Source: Heptranchias perlo
Lineage: Eukaryota
NCBI RefSeq assembly: GCF_035084215.1
Contig: NC_090333.1
Span: 41,540,001-41,604,000 of the forward strand
DNA length: 64,000 nucleotides
Direction of reading: 5' to 3'
A program made the position numbers and the translations under genes. The first letter of the stretch is position 1; each line of letters starts with the position of its first letter. This document shows positions 25,701-39,645 of this stretch, piece after piece. Under the pieces are notes generated by a model that was not told the DNA's origin, made no database searches, and saw only the letters and a program-made list of their open reading frames with translations.

Positions 25701-27660
25701 CCTAATTGGATCCATTTACGTGATCTTCCGGGTTCCCCACTGCTGATCTGCGCGTCGGGCGGGCTGCGCATGCACAGTAAGCTCTGTCAGCTGGAGGAGC
25801 TCTATTTAAAGGGGCAGTCCTCCACTGACAGATGCTGCAACAAATAGAAAAAATTACAGCATGGAGCAGCCCAAGGGGAAGGCTGCTCCCAGTTTAATGA
25901 TGCCTCACTCCAAGTATCATTAGATGGGGTGAGGAGGAGGGGGAGGACAGAGATCTTCCCCCCGGCGGGCGGGAGGAAGCGGCCTGCCTCTGCCACCAGG
26001 AAGGCCTGGCTCGAGGTGGCAGAGGAGGTCACCAGCACCACCAACATATTGCCCACCTGCCAACAGTGCAGGAGGCGCTCCAATGACCTCAGTAGGTCAG
26101 CCAAAGTGAGTACACTTACTCATTCCCCTACACTCCATCTGCCACATCACCGCCCCCACCCCACACCTCCTTCTGCACTGCCAACACTACTCTGTCACAT
26201 CACCCCTTATACCCACTCAAACCTCATCCTCATCTTACCTGAACTTACTCACCTCGCCAGTACTCATCCCGCCACTACCACTCAACCCAATCCTCATACA
26301 ATCTCATGGCTCTATCTCATACTCACCCTCTCGTGCATCTCTTTCACGGTCAGCCTCACTCAACCTGCCACTACCTGTGCTGCAGCCACAGGGCATGCAT
26401 CACATATGTGCAGTAGGCAGCGTAAGGCAAACGTGTCGTGAGCATGAAGGGGATGCACAAGGGTGTTTGAGGGTTTGTCATGGTTTTTACTTAAATTGAA
26501 TTTCTGACCAACTCACATTACATATTATATTGGCACCACTACTGCCACGTCTTTGCGAATCTTGTCTGGTTTGTGCAATAATGCCCTTTCCTGAGGATCA
26601 CTATGAAGACCCATAACTGATGCCACTCATTGTGTCACTGCAGAGTGGGTGTAGGTGTATTTGCAGGGCTCTTTTGTGCAGACGACTGAGAGACGTCGGC
26701 GATGTCCCCGGTGGCACCCTGGAAGGATGCGGATGAGAAGTTGTTGAGGGCAGTGGTGACTTTGACAGCGACAGGTAAGAAGATGGTGCTCGGGCCAACC
26801 GGGAGCAGCTCGGCATGAAGGAGGCTGCAGATGTCCACGACTACATGTCGAGTGACTCTGAGCCTCCGTGTGCACTGCTGCTCAGAGAGGTCCAGGAAGC
26901 TGAGCCTCGGTCTGTGGACCCTGTGGCGAGGGTAGTGCCCTCTGCGACGCATCTCTCTCTGCGGTTGCCCTCCCTCCTGCTGTACAGGTGGATGTGTCAC
27001 AGCACTCTGTTGTGGAGCTCCACGTGTCAGAGGTGGACGGCGAGACTGGTGATGCTGTTCGCCCTCCGAGGAGGTCATGACTGCAGCTACGGCGGCCCCC
27101 ATCCGGAAGATGTACATCTGAGGGGGTCCGCAAGGTAGGTAAGTATGTCCTCACACCGGGGTTGCGGTTCCAGGTTGGTGAATTTTCTTGTTAGGAGGAG
27201 GGTGATGGAGGCCAAACTTTGTCCAATGTGACGGAGTGGCCACCTGTCGAATGCACCTTTGCAGCTGCCACAGGCTGCTGGCTGCAACACCTCCGTTTGA
27301 ACTGGGAGTGTTTCCCCCAGTATGGGAAACAGTCTCAGTTCAGTGTAAAATCCCACCCCTCCTAATAAAACAGCTCAATCAGGTCTGTAAACGACCTGAA
27401 CGAGCAACATAAATACTTTCAAGTGGCATCCCGCTGGCTTTAATTGCCTGCGGGATTCCCACCTGCGGGGGCTGCGTGCGCACGCCGGCGCGTCAGTGGG
27501 GAACCCAGAAGTGGGCGGTTTGGAGCCGGGCTCCGGTCCCGCTCCGGGATTCCCCGATTTTCAGAGCCCCCCCGCCAGGAACGCACCCGATAGCGGGTGC
27601 TAAAATGATGCCCTTTAAATGCATTAGGGATGTCCCCTAATTAACATAAAATTCCAGGCC
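22725..27660. mobile_element. Old degenerate autonomous-type Harbinger: Myb/SANT gene on + (from ~22740) and HARBI1-like DDE transposase on - (~24845-25600)
   Basis: Plus strand: RVDLFG..AWREVTE..ARTWEQVR/KNFSEL. Minus strand: INGIHVAV..FMNRKKFHSISVHIVSD..YPGSYNDSFIL..LKQRFRCL..KIIVAACFIHNF, with in-frame stops. A candidate right end aaaattccaggcc|TAA lies at 27648-27660. The left end was not found. Confidence 0.7.
25601..27613. mobile_element. Younger non-autonomous Harbinger (2.0 kb), copy 1
   Basis: Imperfect TIR gggctcgatgttagca / tgctaaaatgatgccc. Myb/SANT exon from ATG 25861 (KAWLEVAEEV..CRRRSNDL). HARBI1 N-terminus on minus (LPVAVKVTTALNNFSSASFQGATGDIADVSQ), truncated before the DDE core. 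Confidence 0.88.
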
Positions 27661-29215
27661 TAATAAGCCTAATGCAGAACAGGTGCACAAGATATAAACT
27701 TCTGGGTCATATTATCATGTGCACTGTGCATCGAACACTGAGAAAGCCTCAGTGCCCAAAAAAGCAGAGAACCAGTGCCTGATGCGAAGCAGCGCTACAG
27801 ATGCAGAAGGTTGCATTATGCACACCTAAGGAGTCTCCAACAATTAGAAAGAGAAAGTGTAGTGCCGACCATACATACCAGCAAGGCACAGATTCGATCC
27901 CTGGTTAGTATTGAGTTAGCTGATCTTAACCAGGGTGGCAGTATTGGTGTTATAATTGGCCTCAGTGATCCTGGGCTAGAAAGGGATGAATAAAATCAGC
28001 CACTGTTGTCATTTTACAAGTGGTCTTCCAGTAACTCCTACTAAAAGTGCACGTGTCAGAAAATTTGAGTGAAAACAGAGCCAGGCACAATCTAATGCTT
28101 CTCTTGAAAGATAGCCCACTAACACTCACTGTTAAAGTTCACAAATGAAGAATACATGGATGAGATCCTGGAAGGTACCCAGAAGCTATGGAACCAGTAA
28201 ACTACTAAAAAAAAGTGTCTTCATTACAGAAAGGCAAAATTTGGATGGATGAGGGTGGGAAGGAATCGAAAGTCCATCATATGTGAAATCCCATGTATGG
28301 TTGTAAAGACACTCAGTCAATGGCACTTTCCATAATCTCAATTTACTTGGTGTAGGCTTTACTGGGAGGACACAAACATTAAAACGCAGATTTAAGTGGC
28401 AGTATAATTTGTTTGTTTTTGTAGGAGCTCCATAATTGCATTTGCCATTGTTTCCGCTACAAAATCGCATATGCACCAGAAAAATGTCCGGTGGACAGTA
28501 ACATTAATTTATATTACAAAGTTAATAAATTTAACCCAATATATGTTTGTATTGCCTATACAATATTATAACAGGTAATATTACAATACTACCTGTTGTG
28601 ATATATATGGTTATTAGAACTTTAACGAAAATAAAATTGCAACTAATGGAGCTGAAATGTGATTTGTGGTATTTTGAAGTGCAGTTATCTGCACAGCTTT
28701 GACAAGCAAACAATAAGGAAGCAACACCAATAATGGATTTTATAGAGATTCCAAGGGAAATTTTTTGCATTTCTAATCTATTTTATTATAAGATGTACTA
28801 TGTACATTAAAATCTAGACAACACAACTATAATTGTCATCTTTGCTGTGCCTTTTGTTTCAATCATTAAAGCAAGATCTCAGCTGCTATTGTGTTGACTT
28901 TTTGATGGAAAGTGCAAGATATCATTGAAAAGCAAGAAAAACACATCTTAGGAGCAAAAGGCATTATTGTCCAAGTGTCATGGTTACACTTGTTAGAATT
29001 CACATAAGTGTGCACATGATCATTAGAATTGCCATGTGGGTGGCATTGAAATATCTAGATACCAACAGATCTAAACATTGCCAAATCCTGTGTCATTCAT
29101 ACAGACTAGAATCTTTATCCCCTCTTTGACGTAGTAATGTTTGCCAGCAATACTCTACTGCTTTTGAATGGGAGTTATCTGCTGCATGCAGCTGCTGGTG
29201 CCATTATCTCAGTAC

Positions 29216-29320
29216 CTGAAGGATAATGCTTCCGTAGGCATTCTTCAACAGATTAACTGCTTCTGCATGAGACAGTCCGTCCAGGGGCTGGCCATTAATG
29301 CTGACAATCCGATCCCCAAC
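29216..29320 (-). CDS. PATJ: PATJ coding exon (105 nt): [35 protein letters not shown]
   Basis: Bounded by attag| and |gtactg, phase 0-0. PDZ C-terminal half, very close to the PATJ sequence as I recall it. Confidence 0.95.
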
Positions 29321-29814
29321 CTAATATTAAAAAAAAGCTAATTAATTGCAAGGGAAATTAATTTCAAATGGGAAGTTAACACTTACAGTACTGGAAAACA
29401 GCACATTGGACATTTTTATTTGGATAAAATTACCAATTTGTTGAAGAGTTTTGTTGTAATTATTCATCAACATTAAGGGGATGATTTTTTGAATGTAGCT
29501 CATGGCACAGGGTGTTGTGGTCACAAGCGCAAATCAGGAAATCATGGGGGAGTGGCACACTCATAATTTCCCAAAGTGTACTCCCAGCAGGCAAGGCTTC
29601 ATGTTGGGGAGTGTGCATTGGGAAAACTGGCCCCTAAAGTCTCAATTTAAAAGAAATTGCTCTGAACATAGGATTCTATCAGCCGTGAAATCTAATGAAT
29701 CACTTTAATCCATGAAGATCATTGTAGTTGTGTAAGAATTGGTCAGTGTGATCGCATGACTCACAACTTTAGCAAATCACAACTTTAGCAAAAGGGCACA
29801 ACAGTAGGATTCTA

Positions 29815-29955
29815 TAGGGATCAAGGGATATGGGGAAAAAGCGGGAACAGGGTACTGAGTTAGCCGATCAGCCATGATCATTTTGAATGGCGGAGCAGGC
29901 TTGAAGGGCCGAATGGCCTACTCTTGCTCCTATTTTCTATGTTTCTATGTTTCTA
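29815..29955 (+). mobile_element. CR1/HE1-type 3' tail
   Basis: gaatggcggagcaggcttgaagggccgaatggcctactcttgctcctattttctatgtttctatgtttcta. Confidence 0.8.
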
Positions 29956-32900
29956 ATGAGGTATGGCAGGCTCCATAATTGTACAATTTATGTCACTGCT
30001 GAAGCTCCACAGAAGCAAATACCCACAGTTGAATATATTTTTAACAATATTTAAAAACAAAGGAGAGATATTCCTCTTCATTGCGCTCGGGAATTGAGCA
30101 ATCAACGAAAAGAAAATGGGTGGCAGCGACCCAGTGCATCAGGTCCCTGCCCCCACTACACTGTCATGGGATTTCCAGGGATTACCTTTCTGGGCGATAC
30201 TGGGCTGGAGCCTGCAATATGTGCAGGTCCAGGGTAACCATTGTAATGAGGCAGGAGGGGGCATTTCTGGCCTCCTGCCTCACTTTCCTCCTCGTCAGCC
30301 TATTAGGCGCCAAAGCCTGGCAATGGGGCTTAAACTGGGACTCGCTGCAGATCCAGTCTGTGAAGGTTCCTGGGGAAGTCTGAGGATGAATTGGAACTAA
30401 GAACTATTGCCAGTTTTTAGCATATTTAGTATATTTCCCTGCCCCGGAGGATCTTTATTCCTCAGGCCCTACTGGCTGCTGCATTTCAGGAGTGCAGTTG
30501 CAGGCCTCTTAGGCTTGCAGCTACTCTCCTGTTTCTGCCCTGCCTCCCCATCCCAGTGCAAGGCTGTGGCAGGGGGGGCAAGCCTGTCCTAGGAAAGTGG
30601 CTGGTCCATACAAATGACCTGGGCCAGGCAAACAGTGGGCATCTCCCTCCTCAAAGGCACAGTGCATCCCAGGTATGCTGCACCGATTGGATTGCCAGCA
30701 GGGGCCAAAGAGGAAAATCGTCCCTCAAAACATTTGTATAACAAAATTCTGATATTTTCCCACTGTCACTGTATAAACAGGATACCAAATAGTTTTTTGT
30801 ATGACATTAGATTCACAAAATTTATAGACTCAACTATACATAACACAGAGCATTTTGAGAACGGTGGGTATTAGTCTGTTTGACCATTTGAAGGACACAA
30901 CAATTATACAGCAAACCACTTCTCTGAAATATTTTGAATGTATTTATATTATGTTTTAAAAACAATAGCTACAATCAGGAATATAATGTAACTTTTTTTT
31001 AACAACAACCATCAGCTGCCTCTTCCTGAAAATAGTTGGTAGATTTGAACTCTTAACATCTACGTGTAGACCCTGCCCACTCCACTCCCCCCCACTCTTT
31101 CTTGGTCATGCCCAGACTTGTCCTTTTTGTTCTACTGGTGGAGCTGTCTAGCCTAAAAGGACCAGTCCTGATGAAGAGTCACACCCAAAACATAGTTCAG
31201 GAATTTCCCCGGAGCTGCTCCAGCTCTGCCACCATAACTTCACTCAAAGTGTGGCGGAAACCCTATATGGGCGTGACATGTGTTGACAGATTTTCATCTT
31301 CTGGTATGACAACTACTGTCACAAGGTGCTCCATTGAGAACTGGCAAGGTTGCCAAATGTGAGATTTGAAGCTGCCAAAGACTTGAGATTGGTTTCTCAA
31401 GAAAGGAGTCCAATGCTGTCCTGCTGCAGCTAAGGGTCTTTGTTTGGCTTCATAATATTCAGCACTAGATGATTACATGTTATCTGTGTTAAGTAATGGA
31501 AAACATGGTCTTAAAATTTAATAAAATTTCTGATTCAGCTTACGTGGACTTTCAAGCTAAATATCTGATCTGTTCAGCTTGGCAGTAAAGAATCTGCTAT
31601 TTCAACCATACAGAGACACTGAGCTGTGGCTAGGCACTTCCCCACAGGGAGGTAGAGAAAATAAGAGCGAGAATCATCCTATGGCACCTCTCTGCGACTG
31701 TTTCAGTATGGCATTGTGAGGGGTCTGGGAATGGTCGCCTGCAAGCCCTTTTGACTGCAGATGGTGCATGGTAAAGGTGGAGAAAATACCCTAAAAAACT
31801 TTAGGGTATTTCACCCTCACAAATGAAAATTCAGTTAAATTTGAATTTTTGTTATAATAGGCAGGTGCACGTAACATTTTTTCAAAAACCTACTGCCAGG
31901 CTAATTGGATAGAAGGTAAATAACAACTAAAGAATGGGTAACTAGATTAATGTTGGACTGCGCATAAAAGATGATTAATTAGGGCCAATTGTGTTATTAT
32001 TCATCACTGAAAAAAACTGCAACAATTTTTAAATGGATCAAACACAGTACTTTTATTTTAATTAACAAAATGCACAGATGTGTTGATTTCTGTGATGTGA
32101 TTTAATACCAGGTCAAGGACGCCACCTGTTGACTGTTGATGTCCATATCCCAAACTATTTAATTGTATCCTGTATCAGTTCTTTATGCCTGTTCCTTTCT
32201 TACACTCATAAGTCTATTCTCATCTACATTGATAGCATTGTAACAGACTAGCACATTAGAGTCAAAGCAATAGTTAGATTTTGTCAGCCGAAGTTTTTTT
32301 CTTTTCTGATCTCACTGTAATGCTGTCTAGGTCAAAGAGATATTACTTTACTGCTTCAAGTGTAGTACAGTGCTACCTGCAAAATAAACATGGCAGCTTA
32401 CTGTTTAAATTACTGTTTAAATTCCTTGCCTCTGAAGGTAAGACACAGGCGATGGCCATGGTAAAATACTAACTTTGAGGAAGGTTCACAGCCATAATCA
32501 AAAAGTTGTGAGCAATTTTTCAGCAATTGTATCTTTCCCATGTTCCTAAATGCTCTGTCCAGGGCTGATGTGTATGCTGGTATCAGTCTTCCTTGATTTA
32601 TAACCTAAGATGATCATTTAAGAACAGAAGCTTGCATTCATCGTCAATGTGTGTTTCCTTTTTTGTGTTGGAAGAAACCAAGAAAAAACCAAGCCCACAA
32701 TGTTAGTGCCTAATGTCTGAATAGGATGTCCTGACAGACATTACAAGACAAAAGTGAACCAGGAGACTGACAATCACAGAGAATATTTTGTGGGCTAGCT
32801 GTGAGTTTAACTAGCTTGCAGTTTGTTTCTCTCTAAGTGTTGCAGAAACAGAAGGGGTTTGTACAATCCCACCTGAAGAATAAGAGAATAACAGGTCATC

Positions 32901-33439
32901 TAGGAGTGGCTTAGATGTATAGTGACATAGCATGTTGTAGTGATTGCGATAGCCAGTTGATGTCTATTTGTAGATTAATAACTTTGGGAGGCGATGGAAT
33001 GGATTTCAACTTGAGAAATACTATGTGGAATCTGAAAGCTAATGTGTGTACCAGAGGACCTGAATGAGAGTGAAGAGGGGAGAACACAAGCTGGGGAGAG
33101 GGAGAGAGAGAGAGAGAGACCAGTATTCAAAACTGATTTGGACTTTATAGAGAGTTAAAAATTGCTTGGGGGAGGGAAGAAAGTGCAGGTATAAAAGAGA
33201 AAATTTGGAAAAGTTTCTTGCAGCAGTTTTATCTGTGGAGGAGTTTCACATGTTCCAATTGAGGGTTAGGAGAGATAATGAGGCCAAGAAAGTCAATAGA
33301 CAAAGGGCCAAAAGTGGAGCCATCAAAGCTAAAAGATGATAGTTGTTGGTTGAGAGACACATGAAAAAACAGTCTTTTGAAAAATTAAAGAAACAAGATT
33401 TTCAATGTTCCGTCAAAGGGCATGGGGGAGACTGAAATG

Positions 33440-34090
33440 TAATCATTTAACCTTTGCATTATAAAAGGAATTGTGGTTGTATGCACTGAGGATACACAAT
33501 TTGAAGGAAGTTGATGAAGCTAGTGGAGTCATCAGCAAAAGAATGGATAGGGTTGGATGATGAGTGGAGGAAATCACTAGCGGACAGAAGAACTATTCTA
33601 TTAACAGAAATAAAGTTAGAGGATGAGCCATTGATTAAAGCACAGATAGAAGAATGCATAAGGAAACTAGATAGCAATAAACATAACTTTGGGGGGAAAC
33701 TGTATGACTGCAACTTGCTCACAAGTGCACAATGCTGGATACTGCTGGAGCCTTTGGAGATGTCCAAATGATTCACCAAGTGTTTAAGAACTTATGCATC
33801 AACATCACCATTGGAACAAGCATGCTGAAAACCAGACAGCCAATCATGGATAGACCAAAACTTTTAAGGTGATGGAAAATCTGAGTTAACAACAGCATTC
33901 ATATCTTTAGAAAGAATTGATGTAGGGATAATTAGACAGTAGTTGCGAGGGTAAAAGCAATTACCTTTCTTGACTTTGTTTAAACTGGAAAAATCAGAGG
34001 GGAACTGTGAAATTTCATGCTGGGATTTGCCTGATTGCCCTGAAATTGAGGCCACCAGGCATTTGTCCATACATCTTCCCTAAAGTGATT
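33440..34090 (-). mobile_element. Old LINE RT fragment
   Basis: Degenerate RT motifs LDISK, LVSKLQSY and IHSFADDST. Confidence 0.6.
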
Positions 34091-34145
34091 TTTGCATTTA
34101 TCCTGTGTTTTGCTGCACTATTTGACAATTAACTTTTCAAAATAG

Positions 34146-35488
34146 TTTTTTTTTTGTTCGTTCATGGGATGTGGGCGTCGCTGGTGAGGCCGGCATTTAT
34201 TGCCCATCCCTAATTGCCCTTGAGAAGGTGATGGTGAGCCACCTTCTTGAACCGCTGCAGTCTGTGTGGTGAAGGTTCTCCCACAGTGCTGTTAGGGAGT
34301 TCCAGGATTTTGACCCAGCGACCATGAAGGAACGGCGATATATTTCCAAGTTGGGATGGTGTGTGACTTGGAGGGGAACGTTCAGGTGGTGCTGTTCCCA
34401 TGTACCTGCTGCTCTTGTCCTTCTAGGTGGTGGAGGTCGCGGGTTTGGGAGGTGCTGTTGAAGAAGCCTTGGCGAGTTGCTGCAGTGCATCCTGTGGATG
34501 GTACACACTGCAGCCACTGTGCGCCGGTGGTGAAGGGAGTGAATGTTTAGGGTGGTTGATGGGGTGCCAATCAAGCGGGCTGCTTTGTCTTGGATGGTGT
34601 CGAGCTTCTTGAGTGTTGTTGGAGCTGCACTCATCCAGGCAAGAGGAGAGTATTCCATCACACTCCTGACTTGTGCCTTGTGGATGGTGGAAAGGCTTTG
34701 GGGAGTCAGGAGGTGAGTCACTCGCCACAGAATACCCAGCCTCTGACCTGCTCTTGTAGCCACAATATTTATATGGCTGGTCCAGTTAAGTTTCTGGTCA
34801 ATGGTGACCCCCAGGATGTTGATGGTGGGAGGATTCAGCGAAGGTAATGCCGTTGAATGTCAAGGGGAGGTGGTTAAACACTCTCTTGTTGGAGATGGTC
34901 ATTGCCTGGCACATGTCTGGCGCGAATGTTACTTGCCTGGTGCGAATGTTACTTGCCACTTATCAGCCCAAGCTTGGGTGTTGTCCAGGTCTTGCTGCAT
35001 GCGGGCTCGGACTGCTTCATTATTTGAGGGGTTGCGAATGCAACTGAACACTATGCAATCATCAGCGAACATCCCCATTTCTGACCTTATGATGAGGGAA
35101 GGTCATTGATGAAGCAGCTGAAGATGGTTGGGCCTAGGACACTGCCCTGAGGAACTCCTGCAGCAATGCCCTGGGGCTGAGATGATTGGCCTCCAACAAA
35201 CACTACCATCTTCCTTTGTGCTAGCTATGACTCCAGCCACTGGAGAGTTTTCCCCCTGATTCCCATTGACTTCAATTTTACTAGGGCCCCTTGGTGCCAC
35301 ACTCGGTCAAATGCTGCCTTGATGTCAAGGGCAGTCACTCTCACCTCACCTCTGGAATTCAGCTCTTTTGTCCATGTTTGGACCAAGGCTGTAATGAGGT
35401 CAGGAGCCGAGTGGTCCTGGCGGAACCCAAACTGAGCATCGGTGAGCAGGTTATTGATGAGTAAGTGCCACTTGATAGCACTGTCGAC
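34146..35488 (-). mobile_element. 5'-truncated LINE, family B (same family as 2389-3925)
   Basis: ORFs 34197, 35103 and 35225 (QFGFRQDH, LDIKAAFDRV, KAQVRSVMEYS). A-rich tail appears as a T-run at 34146-34155. Confidence 0.9.
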
Positions 35489-36443
35489 GTGTGGCACGAA
35501 CACACTGTGGCGGGATGTGTGTCTGTGCCCATGATCCCCACGCACTGATCTTTGCTACTCAGCAGTGGGAAGACAAAAATGGAAACCAGACATTTTTTTT
35601 TACAGGGAGGGAGGGAAAAAGTAAAGGAAGAGCTATCCCCTGGCATTCTCATACACTTCCCAACAGCTGGTTTCTAATGGCATTAGCAGCAACACTGGTT
35701 GCAAATGAAACCAACTTTTTAATCCAAGGACTGCCTTTAAGTTTCTAATGTTCTATTAGTAATATTCTTACATTAGAAATTTCACAAGCAGAGAAGAGCT
35801 CTGTGCATGTGTTTGAGTATGTATGTGCGAGTGGGGAAGCACAAATCGGTTCTTCAGCAGCAAGATGATTTCTCTTGTGAATGATAGAGGAGAATAAATA
35901 ATTACTAAATCCACAAATGACTACAACTTTGAATATTTTTCTGATGAGATAGCTATCCGATATTTACTTCATTACTTTGGACTGTGAGGTAAAAAAATTG
36001 TAACTTTGTGGAAATTTTACCTGTGGTTGATTAACCTTCTTAGAGAACTAAATAAATCTGAAGAATCTTTCACAGACCAAACTGTTCATGGTATGTTGGA
36101 AGGAACTGAATTAATGGGCTGAATAGACATTTCTCATTCCATACTTTTCTATACTTCTAATTGGGCATGATAAGAGAGTTTGGACAGCACACTAATTATT
36201 ACCAAAACTACAATATAACTGAAAGTCTAATAAACACAAAAATAGAGTCAATGCAGTTAATTTATGTATTGAATGTAGGTGTTTCGCTTCCAGAAGCAAT
36301 TGGTGTTCCACAATGATAGCTGAGGGTAAACATTTTAGCACTGAAGCATACTACAGTAAACATATCTATCACCTGGAATGGATATTTACTTGCAATAAGT
36401 ACTGCAGATTTACAATGAGACATATGCTACTTTGTTGTCCCAC

Positions 36444-36566
36444 CTTTAGCTTGTGTGTTCGTGCTGCCACTCCACTGGCTTGGATCATGGCGATGAAGAT
36501 AGGCACATCACCGAGAGGGCTCCCCTTGCCTCCTGCTATGCTAATTCCCAGTGCATCATTTGGTCC
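36444..36566 (-). CDS. PATJ: PATJ coding exon (123 nt): [41 protein letters not shown]
   Basis: Bounded by cacag| and |gtggga, phase 0-0. PDZ carboxylate-binding loop ALGISIAGG. Confidence 0.95.
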
Positions 36567-36865
36567 CTGTGATAAACATGAATAATCTTGTCAGTAATTT
36601 GACAAAAAAATATTTTTAACAGAAAAAAAAATCAACTAGTACTTCTTTTCCCAAAAGTATTGGATCCTGGGCTATTTTGTCTAAAATCCTGCTTAGTACC
36701 CAGAGTTACTCCGCAGGAGCTCATATCATATACTGGGTTCAGTCGAAGATGGGAGCTATCCTGTATTACAACAGGGTAGCTCTGCAAAACAATTCCAAAC
36801 TCATCCTGCCTGTATCATGTTAAAAACAAAAACATCTATATAATGCTAGATAGTATCCACACCAT

Positions 36866-38905
36866 GGGCTCGATTTTACCAGGCCTGCTGGTTTCGTTTC
36901 GGGAGCGTGGTCAACACGCTCGGTGAAATTAGTGGGTTGCCCGCGCGATCGTAGCAGGCAACCCACTAATTGGAGCCACTTACCTGCTCCTCCGGGGTCC
37001 ACGCTGCTGGTCTGCGCGTCGGGCGGGCTGCGCATGCGCAGTACGATCTGTCAGCTGGAGGCTCTCTAGTTAAAGGGGCAGTCCTCCACTGACAGATGCT
37101 GCAACCAATGGAACAAATTTCAGCATGGAGCAGCCCAGGGGGAAGGCTGCTCCCAGTTTAATGATGCCTCACCCCAGGTATCATCAGATGGGGTGAGGAG
37201 GAGGGCGAAGACAAAGATCTTCCACCCGGCGGGCGGGAGGAAGCGGCCAGCCTCTGCCACCAAGAAGGCCTGGCTCGAGGTGGCAGAGGGGGTCACCTGC
37301 GCAACCAACATATCGCCCACCTGCATACAGTGCAGGAGGCGCTGCAATGACCTCAGTAGGTCAGCCACAGTGAGAACACAAAGTCTTTCCCCTACACTCC
37401 ATCTGCCACAACACTGCCCCAACCCCACATCTCCTTCGGCACCGCCAACACTACTCTGTCACATCACCCCTCATACCCACTCAAACCCCATCCTCATCTT
37501 ACCTCCACCTACTCACCTCGCCAGTACTCATCCTGCCACTAACACGCAACCCAATCCTCATACAATCTCATGGCTCTATCCCATACTCACCCTCTCGTGC
37601 ATCTCCCTCACGGCCAGCCTCACTCAACCTGCCACCACCTGTGCTGCAGCCACAGGGCATGCATCACATATGTGCAGTAGGCAGCGTAAGGCAAATGTTT
37701 CGTGAGCATGAAGGGGGTGCACAAGGGTGTCGGAGGGTTTGCCATGGGTGGTACCTATATTGAATTTCAGAGCAACAAACAGCACACATTATATTGGCAC
37801 CACCACTGCCATGTCTCCGCGAATACTGTCTGTTGTGTCCAATAATGCCCGCTCCTGGGTATCACTATGAGGACCCACCACTGATGCCACCCATCGTGTT
37901 ACTGCAGAGTAGGTGCAGGTGTATTTGCAGGGCTCTTCCGCGCAGACCACTGAGAGACATCGGCGGTGTAGCCGGCTGCACCCTGGAAGGATGCGGAGGA
38001 GAAGTTGCGGAGGGCAGTGGTGACTTTGGCAGCGACAGGTAAGCACTTGTTGCTGGGACCAGGCAGGAGCAGCTCGGCATGAAAGAGCCTGCAGATCTCC
38101 ACGACTACATGTCGAGCGAATCTGCGCCTCCCTGTGCACTGCTGCTCGGAGAGGTCCGGGGAGATTCGCCTCGGTCTGTGGACCATGTGGCGAGGGTAGT
38201 GCCCTCTGCGATGCGTCTCTCTCTGCTGTAGCCCTCCCTCCTGCTGTGCAGGTGGGCGTGCAACAACCCCGTGTTGGGGGGCTCCACGTCTCTGCGGCGG
38301 ACGGCGTGGACTGCGAGGCTGCTGGGGCTGGTCATTCTGTTCGTCCTCCAAGGGTGTCCACGCACCACCCATCTGGCCGTTGTTGGTCTGAGGGGTTGTG
38401 CAGGGTAGGTGGGTGGTTCCTCAGACTGGGGCTGCAGTTTCGTGTCGGTCTGTCCTCTGGCTTGGCGGGGGGTGGTGGGGGGCAGGGGTTGCCCTATGTG
38501 ACGCGGTGGCCTCCTGTGTGGGTGAGGACTCTCCCCCGTGGGGTGCACCTTGGCACCTGCCACAGGCTGCTGGCTGCAACACGCCTGGTTGGAGAGAGAC
38601 TGTTTCCCCCAGTGTGGGAAACACGCTGCGATGCAGGTGAAATCCCACACTTCCTCTTTTGACAGCTGATTCAGCTCATTAACTGACCTCAACAAGCAAG
38701 GTAAGTACACTCAAGTGGAACCCCGCTGGCTTTAATTGCCTGCGGGATTCCCACCAGCGGGGGCCACGCACGCAGCCCCGCACGTCATCGGGGAACCCGG
38801 AAGTGGTCGGGATCACGGCGCGATCCGGTCACGTGACCTCAGATCAGGATTTTCGGGGCCCCCCCGCTGGAAACCCGCAGGAAACCCGACCCTAAAATCG
38901 AGCCC
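36866..38905. mobile_element. Younger non-autonomous Harbinger (2.04 kb), copy 2
   Basis: Perfect 13-bp TIR gggctcgatttta / taaaatcgagccc with a 3-bp TSD (CAT). Colinear with copy 1: Myb/SANT on +, truncated HARBI1 on -. Confidence 0.92.
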
Positions 38906-39645
38906 CATCTCTCGTGTTGATATTGCCTCCTTTGTGGCCATATGAGTCTTGCTTCAGAAAATGGTTTACGCTGCTCGAAACTTGGGAGAGACACTGGTAC
39001 AAACCTCACTTGTGACACAATTTTTGTTTCATACTTAATCTACCTGGTGTAAATGAAAAATAATAATAAAACTATCCAATTAAAGAAATCCACATTTGGA
39101 ATTGCGGTGCGAGAGGCCACTGAACTATATTATGAGTGAAGACAACTACTCTCCCATCCTTTTTAAGGGTTAATCTAATATTGTTTCTTAACTACTCTCC
39201 AACGCAAATCCATTTTCTAGTGACATTGATTTTAAAACTTGCCACATCTGGGTACTTCAAAAATGAGTATCCAGTTTCAAAGCAATAATTCTTTATGCAA
39301 ACTTCTGACGTTTGCTTCAGTGTTTTCTCTGCTGACCACAGTTATAAACAGGGTTGTCAACTTGAACAGATTTTCAGTCATGAGACACATTCTTGACCTG
39401 TACACTCGTGCCAAAAACAACAACTTGCATTTATATAGTGCCTTTGACTAAAAACAGCAAACTAAGTCTGCCACATGGCTGCAGGAACAGCTAAGTGGCA
39501 GTAATGTACCCTTTGCATCTTTTCTCTTTTACCCTGCTTTGCTTTGAACTCTGGCTATCCCTGGATTCACAGTGGCAGTGAAAGCCCACTATTAAAACAA
39601 TAAGCCCTCCAGTTTAAATATATGAATTCCAGGGTAGTTCACCTC

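Noticed and set aside
25861-27117. Domesticated HARBI1 or MSANTD host genes
   Set aside because: Bounded by TIRs, present in two copies, frameshifted, and missing the catalytic core.
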